Shown piece by piece: positions 56,782-64,000 of a stretch of 64,000 bases of DNA. The translations under genes and the position numbers were made by a program. The notes under the pieces are model-generated. The model searched no databases. It had not been told where the DNA came from and was given only the letters and a program-made list of their open reading frames with translations. This DNA is from an uncultured Gammaproteobacteria bacterium (GTDB lineage: Bacteria; Patescibacteriota; Microgenomatia; Levybacterales; GWA1-39-11), in the NCBI GenBank assembly GCA_964485575.1, contig CAZAJO010000008.1, forward strand, positions 921 through 64,920, in the 5' to 3' direction. Positions within the stretch are counted from its first letter, which is position 1. Each line of letters opens with the position of its first letter.

Positions 56782-58527
56782 ATGCCTACTGTCCAAAATC
56801 AATTTAACGCCCCTGTTGATAGTGCTGGGCCAAGTATTGGAAGTATCCTTGTCCAAGAAAAACTCTTAAGCCCAGAACAATTCGCAAATCTTAAGGTTGA
56901 GGCAGCAAAGCAAAATATTGATATTGATAAGCTTATCCACGATCTTCAGATCATCCCCGAAGAGAAATATTTCGAAGCACAAGCAAAAATGCTCAATGTC
57001 CCCTTTACAAGCGTAACTACTCTTCCTTTTTCACCTGAAGCTCTTGGATTTATTCCAAAATCTGTGGCAGAAAGGTTTAATCTCATTCCGTTCGCATTTG
57101 ATAGGGAGGCAAAAGTTCTATCTGTTGTCATGAGCAACACAAATGATGTTGAGGCTATTGAATTTATTAAGCAAAAAACTGGCGCAACTATCAAGGTGTT
57201 CCAGGGAATTCCTACCGAAGTTACACAGGCTATACAGACCCAATACAGTTTCGGGCTGGTTGGTGAAGTTAAAGCAGCTCTCAAAGAAAGCGAGAAAATC
57301 CAAAAAGTTAAAACTTTTGATTTACAAAGCATTTCAGAGGTTATTAAAGAAGCACCTATAGCCAAAATAGTTTCTACAATTCTTGAGTATGCTGTTAAGA
57401 GTAGAGCTTCTGATATACATCTTGAGCCTCAAGAGGATAGAGTGAGAGTGAGATACAGGATAGATGGCATCCTTTATGAGAGGCTATCTTTGCCGTTAGG
57501 AGTAAGTGAAGCCGTTATTTCTCGTGTCAAAATTTTATCGGGTCTTAAAATTGACGAGCATAGAACTCCCCAGGATGGTCGTTTTAATTTTAAGGTTGCA
57601 GAAGAGGAGGTTGATCTTCGTGTAAGTTCACTTCCGACTGTTTTTGGTGAAAAAATTGTCATGAGGTTGCTTCGAAAATCCGGGGGAGTACCGACTCTTA
57701 ATGACCTTGGCCTGGGAGGAACATCCCTAAGGACACTTGAAGCTGCCATGCTTCGTCCTCATGGAATCATTCTTGTCTGCGGACCTACCGGATCTGGTAA
57801 AACAACGACTCTTTATGCAGTCCTGTCAAAACTCAATACGACAAGAGTAAATATTCTCACCCTAGAAGATCCTGTCGAATACCAAATTCCTGGCGCCAAT
57901 CAAGTTCAGATCAATGATGATGTAGGCCTTACTTTTGCCACAGGTCTCCGGGCATTTTTGAGGCAAGATCCGAATATCATACTCGTAGGAGAGATTCGTG
58001 ACAAAGAGACGACAGAACTTGCCATACAGGCTTCATTGACCGGACATTTAGTGTTCTCGACACTTCACACTGATAGCGCATCAGGAGCTCTTCCTCGTCT
58101 TATCGATATGGGTGCAGAAACTTTTCTTCTTGCCTCAACGATCAATGCGACGATGGGACAACGTATCGCAAGAAAGATATGCTCTCATTGCAAGATTGAA
58201 TACACCCCGCCACCTGAGATCATTGAAGAGATGAGAAAAGTTCTCGGCCCACTGATGCCAAAAGGTAATGGTGCACCTATAAAACTATTTAAAGGTTCAG
58301 GATGCGAGGTTTGTGGCCACTCAGGATTCTTGGGTCGGGTCGGAATCTATGAAGTAATGGCTATCAGTGAAGGGATTGCAAAACTCATCTTAGAGAGAAA
58401 AGACAGTACGACAATTGAGACAAAAGCCAAGGAAGAGGGAATGATTACAATGAAACAAGATGGATACCTCAAGGTTCTTTCCGGAGTAACAACAATCGAT
58501 GAGATTCTAAGAGTTGCGCAGGAATAA
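56782..58527 (+). CDS. pilB: type IV pilus assembly ATPase PilB (GspE family)
   Basis: GPTGSGKTTT Walker A, Asp/His boxes, tetra-Cys CSHC...CEVCGHSG, and an N-terminal GspII-like domain. GAGGA SD 8 nt upstream. Confidence 0.92.
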   Translation: MPTVQNQFNAPVDSAGPSIGSILVQEKLLSPEQFANLKVEAAKQNIDIDKLIHDLQIIPEEKYFEAQAKMLNVPFTSVTTLPFSPEALGFIPKSVAERFNLIPFAFDREAKVLSVVMSNTNDVEAIEFIKQKTGATIKVFQGIPTEVTQAIQTQYSFGLVGEVKAALKESEKIQKVKTFDLQSISEVIKEAPIAKIVSTILEYAVKSRASDIHLEPQEDRVRVRYRIDGILYERLSLPLGVSEAVISRVKILSGLKIDEHRTPQDGRFNFKVAEEEVDLRVSSLPTVFGEKIVMRLLRKSGGVPTLNDLGLGGTSLRTLEAAMLRPHGIILVCGPTGSGKTTTLYAVLSKLNTTRVNILTLEDPVEYQIPGANQVQINDDVGLTFATGLRAFLRQDPNIILVGEIRDKETTELAIQASLTGHLVFSTLHTDSASGALPRLIDMGAETFLLASTINATMGQRIARKICSHCKIEYTPPPEIIEEMRKVLGPLMPKGNGAPIKLFKGSGCEVCGHSGFLGRVGIYEVMAISEGIAKLILERKDSTTIETKAKEEGMITMKQDGYLKVLSGVTTIDEILRVAQE

Positions 58528-58529
58528 AT

Positions 58530-59597
58530 ATGGACATCAATCAATTATTAGAAAAGGCCATCACAACAAATGCTTCAGACCTTCATCTTATGGTCGGTGT
58601 ACCTCCCGTGTACAGAATAAATGGAGCACTCCAGCAGCTATCTACTGTACCACCACTTACGGATCAACAACTTGAGCAAATGGTCATGTCTTTGCTCTCC
58701 CCAGCACAAAAAGATATGTTTGTCACCAACCGCGCTCTGGATTTCTCGTATGGGTATGGGGGTGGAAATTTTGGAGATAAAGGTAGATTTAGGGTCAACG
58801 TTTATTACCAAAGAAATTCAGTTGCTGCAGCATTTAGACTACTTCCTCCGAAAGTAAAGACAATAGAAGAACTTCGCCTCCCCCCTATTTGTCACAAGCT
58901 AGCTACTCTAAAGCATGGATTTGTATTGATCACAGGACCGACCGGACATGGTAAGACAACTACAATTGCCTCAATAGTTAATGAAATAAATATGACAAGA
59001 GCCGCAAACATTCTAACAGTTGAGGATCCAATAGAATATGTCTTTCCCAAGGGAAGAAGCATAATATCTCAAAGAGAACTTGGACACGACACATTATCCT
59101 GGGCTGAAAGTCTTAAAAGCGCACTACGGGAAGACCCCGATGTTGTTATTGTAGGCGAAATGAGGGACCCCGAAAGCATAGCAAGTGCTATAACTATTGC
59201 CGAAACTGGCCACTTAGTACTGTCAACGCTTCACACAAATTCGGCTGCACAAACAATAGACAGAATAATCGACTCATTTCCAGAAGCCCAACAAAATCAG
59301 GTAAAGATCCAACTCGCGGCAACACTTGAAGCAGTAGTATCCCAAAGACTGATTCCAACGATTGATGGTCTAAGGATTGTTGCAACTGAAGTTCTTCTTG
59401 CCACAAATGCAGTCAGGGCCAACATCCGAGAAGGTAAGACTCACTTGATAGATTCGACGATCGAGACGTCTTCAGAAGAGGGAATGAACTCACTTGAAGC
59501 ATCTCTCGCACAACTCGTTAAGGAAGGCATCATAACCCTTGATGTTGCACAAGCTTATGCATTAAGACCTGATAGCCTTGCCCGCATGATGGGATAG
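58530..59597 (+). CDS. pilT: twitching-motility ATPase PilT
   Basis: GPTGHGKTTT and VVIVGEMRDPESI. 355 aa directly after pilB. Confidence 0.9.
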   Translation: MDINQLLEKAITTNASDLHLMVGVPPVYRINGALQQLSTVPPLTDQQLEQMVMSLLSPAQKDMFVTNRALDFSYGYGGGNFGDKGRFRVNVYYQRNSVAAAFRLLPPKVKTIEELRLPPICHKLATLKHGFVLITGPTGHGKTTTIASIVNEINMTRAANILTVEDPIEYVFPKGRSIISQRELGHDTLSWAESLKSALREDPDVVIVGEMRDPESIASAITIAETGHLVLSTLHTNSAAQTIDRIIDSFPEAQQNQVKIQLAATLEAVVSQRLIPTIDGLRIVATEVLLATNAVRANIREGKTHLIDSTIETSSEEGMNSLEASLAQLVKEGIITLDVAQAYALRPDSLARMMG

Positions 59598-59601
59598 AAC
59601 T

Positions 59602-60804
59602 ATGGATTATTCATTCGTTGCAGCTGACAAGCAAGGACTCAAACAAAAAGGAAAACTTGAGGCCAATGATCAAAAAGAGGTAGTTGATTACCTTCGGTCG
59701 AAAGAGTTAACCCCACTTGAAGTAAAGAGTCTTGAGAAGAGGGAAAGTAGTCTCATGGGTTATTTTTCCCGTGTCAAAGGGAATGACATCGTTCTTTTTA
59801 CCAGACAACTTGCTTCAATGATCCTAACCGGTCTTACCGTTATTGAGAGCTTGAATATTCTAAAGCAACAGAACAATAAACCACAGATGCAAAAGATTGT
59901 CGATGATCTTATAGCAAATCTTTCAGAAGGAAAACCATTATCAACTGCTCTTGCAAATTATCCGGCAGTTTTTTCGACCACCTATATTGCCCTTATAAAA
60001 TCGGCAGAAGAGGGTGGTATCTTGGATAAAGTGCTTGCCCGTCTTGCCGACAATCTTGAAAAGTCAGAAGAAATCCACAAACGGGTAAAATCAGCTCTCT
60101 TTTACCCAGGGATCATTATCTCCGGTGTAGTAATTGTTATCGTCATGATGAATGTTTTTGTTATCCCACAAATGGGTGCATTATACGAAAGTCTTGATCT
60201 TCAGTTGCCTATCATGACTAGGATTGTTCTTGCTGGATCAAAATTGACGACAACACTTCTTCCTTTCTCTATCTTTTTTATTATTGGCGGGTATTTTGGT
60301 TTTAAGAGATTTGCAAAAACAGTAACAGGCATTCGGATTATCGATAAAATAAAGTTAAGAGCTCCAGTTTTTGGGGACATCATGAGGTTATCTATCTTAA
60401 GTGAGGTATCAAGAACCATCTCATTGCTGGTAAATTCCGGCGCATCCCTTATTGGAGCATTAAATATTGCCGCAGATGTTTCAGGAAATGTCTATTACAA
60501 AAGCGCTCTCAAAGGAACGAGCTCTCTTGTTGAAAAAGGAGCTGGACTGTCGGTCGCTTTACAAAATCAGATGATATTTCCACCTTTAATGATACAAATG
60601 GTAAAAGTTGGAGAATCTACCGGAAAAATTGACGAATCCCTTCTGAAAGTAAGTGAATATTTTGAAAGAGATCTTGATATTAAGGTAAAGACTCTTACGA
60701 CCTCCATAGAACCTATCCTTATCATCATTCTAGGAGTCTCTGTAGCATTCCTTATTATCTCAGTTATTACCCCTATATATTCACTGGTATCTCAAATCCA
60801 GTAG
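59602..60804 (+). CDS. pilC: type IV pilus platform protein PilC (GspF family)
   Basis: Two GspF repeats with three TM segments. 400 aa after pilT. Confidence 0.9.
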   Translation: MDYSFVAADKQGLKQKGKLEANDQKEVVDYLRSKELTPLEVKSLEKRESSLMGYFSRVKGNDIVLFTRQLASMILTGLTVIESLNILKQQNNKPQMQKIVDDLIANLSEGKPLSTALANYPAVFSTTYIALIKSAEEGGILDKVLARLADNLEKSEEIHKRVKSALFYPGIIISGVVIVIVMMNVFVIPQMGALYESLDLQLPIMTRIVLAGSKLTTTLLPFSIFFIIGGYFGFKRFAKTVTGIRIIDKIKLRAPVFGDIMRLSILSEVSRTISLLVNSGASLIGALNIAADVSGNVYYKSALKGTSSLVEKGAGLSVALQNQMIFPPLMIQMVKVGESTGKIDESLLKVSEYFERDLDIKVKTLTTSIEPILIIILGVSVAFLIISVITPIYSLVSQIQ

Positions 60805-61342
60805 GAAGCGGGTAGGTATAAAGAGTCGCATTTTTAACATCATATCCATCTCTGCGCTCATCAGTTGACGGGAGTACACCATCCAAAACCCCTATCACCC
60901 AACCATGACAGACAAATAAAGGTTTTTCATTAGGATACTCCTCTAGAATATCCCTAAATTCTCCAATAATACGAGTCCTAAAATCCTCGTGCGATTCGCC
61001 GTTTGGAGGCGTTAGTAGGTGCCATTGCCTTCCATGGGTTTCTTCCATTTCAGAAACATATCTCGTCTCGAAATCTCCTAGATTTCTTTCTGATAAGTTG
61101 GGGCGTACTACTATCGGTAGGTTGTCGAATGCAAAAGAAATCATCTGGGCGGACGTAAGGGCTCTTCTGAGAGGGGACGTAAAGATTTTCGTTATTTCAA
61201 CATCTTTAAGCTCTCTGATAAGTTGTTCTACCTGTTCTATGCCAGTAGGAGACAAGGGTCTATCCTGACTTCCCTGAACACGCTTGATCTTATTCCATTC
61301 AGTTTCACCGTGCCTGACTAAATGTATAACTCGTTCACTCAT
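60773..61342 (-). CDS. histidine phosphatase family protein (phosphoglycerate-mutase-like)
   Basis: HLVRHGETEWN catalytic RHG motif. Confidence 0.8.
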   Translation of the reverse strand: MSERVIHLVRHGETEWNKIKRVQGSQDRPLSPTGIEQVEQLIRELKDVEITKIFTSPLRRALTSAQMISFAFDNLPIVVRPNLSERNLGDFETRYVSEMEETHGRQWHLLTPPNGESHEDFRTRIIGEFRDILEEYPNEKPLFVCHGWVIGVLDGVLPSTDERRDGYDVKNATLYTYPLPTGFEIPVNI

Positions 61343-61475
61343 AAGGGAATATTATACATCGCTATGAGCTCAAAACCAATACCGTGAAGTTTGCCATATC
61401 GCTTCAAATCTGATACAATATTTTATATTCTTATAATCTTTTGAATTCATTTTGAAACTAAAAACACTTCCCAAC

Positions 61476-61504
61476 TTGCAACATCCAAATCATTTCTATA
61501 CAAT
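61476..61504 (+). promoter_or_regulatory. putative sigma70 promoter TTGCAA-17nt-TACAAT upstream of gyrB
   Basis: -35 at 61476-61481, -10 at 61499-61504, ATG at 61521. Confidence 0.35.
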
Positions 61505-61517
61505 TGTTTTTTGTTGA

Positions 61518-63473
<1,956 letters not shown>

Positions 63474-63491
63474 GGGGGTGACAATTAAATT

Positions 63492-64000
63492 ATGAAATTA
63501 ACAACAGGAGACAAAGCGCCAGAGTTAGTAAACGTACTAATTGAGGTGCCTTTAGACAGCAAAGTAAAATACGAGTTTGATAAAGAAACAGAGATGGTTA
63601 CCGTTGACCGGTTCCTTTATTTTGACAAAGGTTATCCAGCAAACTATGGTTTCATTCCAAACACATTGTCAGGAGATGGTGACCCAGTTGATGTTTTGGT
63701 CCTTGCACCTTACTCTTTAGCGCCAGGGGTTGTCATTGTTGCAAAACCGATTGGGATGCTTGAGACTGAGGATGAAAAAGGAATGGACGCCAAGCTTGTT
63801 GCAGTACCAACAGAAAAAGCAAACCCAGAATTTGGAAAGTATAATGACATTTCCGAACTTCCGGCAGAAATTACAGAATCAATCAAATACTTTTTTGAGA
63901 ACTACAAGAAAAATGAACCTGGTAAATGGGTGAAAGTAAGTGGATGGAAGGGTAGAGAAGACGCTTTAAAGGAAATTACTGACGGCATAACCAATGCCGC
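63492..64000 (+). CDS. ppa: inorganic pyrophosphatase (family I), 3'-partial at window edge
   Basis: MKLTTGDKAPELVNVLIEVP...YPANYGFIPNTLSGDGDPVDVLVL. No stop in the window. Confidence 0.85.
   Translation, partial: MKLTTGDKAPELVNVLIEVPLDSKVKYEFDKETEMVTVDRFLYFDKGYPANYGFIPNTLSGDGDPVDVLVLAPYSLAPGVVIVAKPIGMLETEDEKGMDAKLVAVPTEKANPEFGKYNDISELPAEITESIKYFFENYKKNEPGKWVKVSGWKGREDALKEITDGITNA

Noticed and set aside
56946-57749. Minus-strand ORFs inside pilB (56946-57365, 57118-57303, 57474-57749) and the plus-strand ORF 57143-57361
   Set aside because: They are shadows of pilB.

Overview
This window looks like it comes from a small-genome, gene-dense bacterium. The gene content (3'-truncated giant surface protein, F-type ATP synthase operon without a/c subunits, several NUDIX genes, a complete type IV pilus system, short overlapping genes) fits an uncultivated CPR/Patescibacteria-like organism; that placement is inference only.

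(1) Positions 1-26113 are a single giant minus-strand ORF that runs off the window edge (more than 8,700 codons in view). It begins with an HTH_17/excisionase-like DNA-binding motif and one transmembrane anchor. The remainder consists of at least three families of Thr/Gly/Asn/Ser-rich tandem modules. The roughly 90 plus-strand ORFs listed over this stretch are antisense shadows.

(2) 26.6-32.2 kb is an F1Fo ATP synthase operon, atpF-H-A-G-D-C, on the minus strand. No a (atpB) or c (atpE) subunit genes are present. AtpA and AtpD carry Pro/Gln-rich C-terminal tails, and epsilon is truncated.

(3) 32.5-40.5 kb is an accessory-looking block: a VOC-family gene, an HExxH protein with an apparently leaderless promoter, and a secreted protein whose C-terminal hairpin resembles an ATP-synthase c subunit but lacks the carboxylate. 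Co-operonic with that protein is a 7-8-TM coiled-coil protein. The block also holds an orphan CheY-like receiver, a GH130-like glycosidase, three NUDIX hydrolases and PBP1A.

(4) 40.5-46.4 kb is a housekeeping run: tyrS, a 33-aa membrane micro-ORF, recG, rpmF, nusB, rnc, rpsP, a KH-domain protein and trmD.

(5) 46.4-60.8 kb is a type IV pilus locus: pilO-N-M, a PilX-like gene, six prepilin-leader pilins, an inserted four-helix-bundle gene, pilD and a GT-C/TPR membrane protein, with a divergent pilB-pilT-pilC. AATTGAG-type heptamer repeats sit upstream of pilin genes and also inside recG.

(6) 60.8-64.0 kb carries a histidine phosphatase, gyrB and a partial ppa. No tRNA, rRNA, CRISPR array or transposase was recognised.
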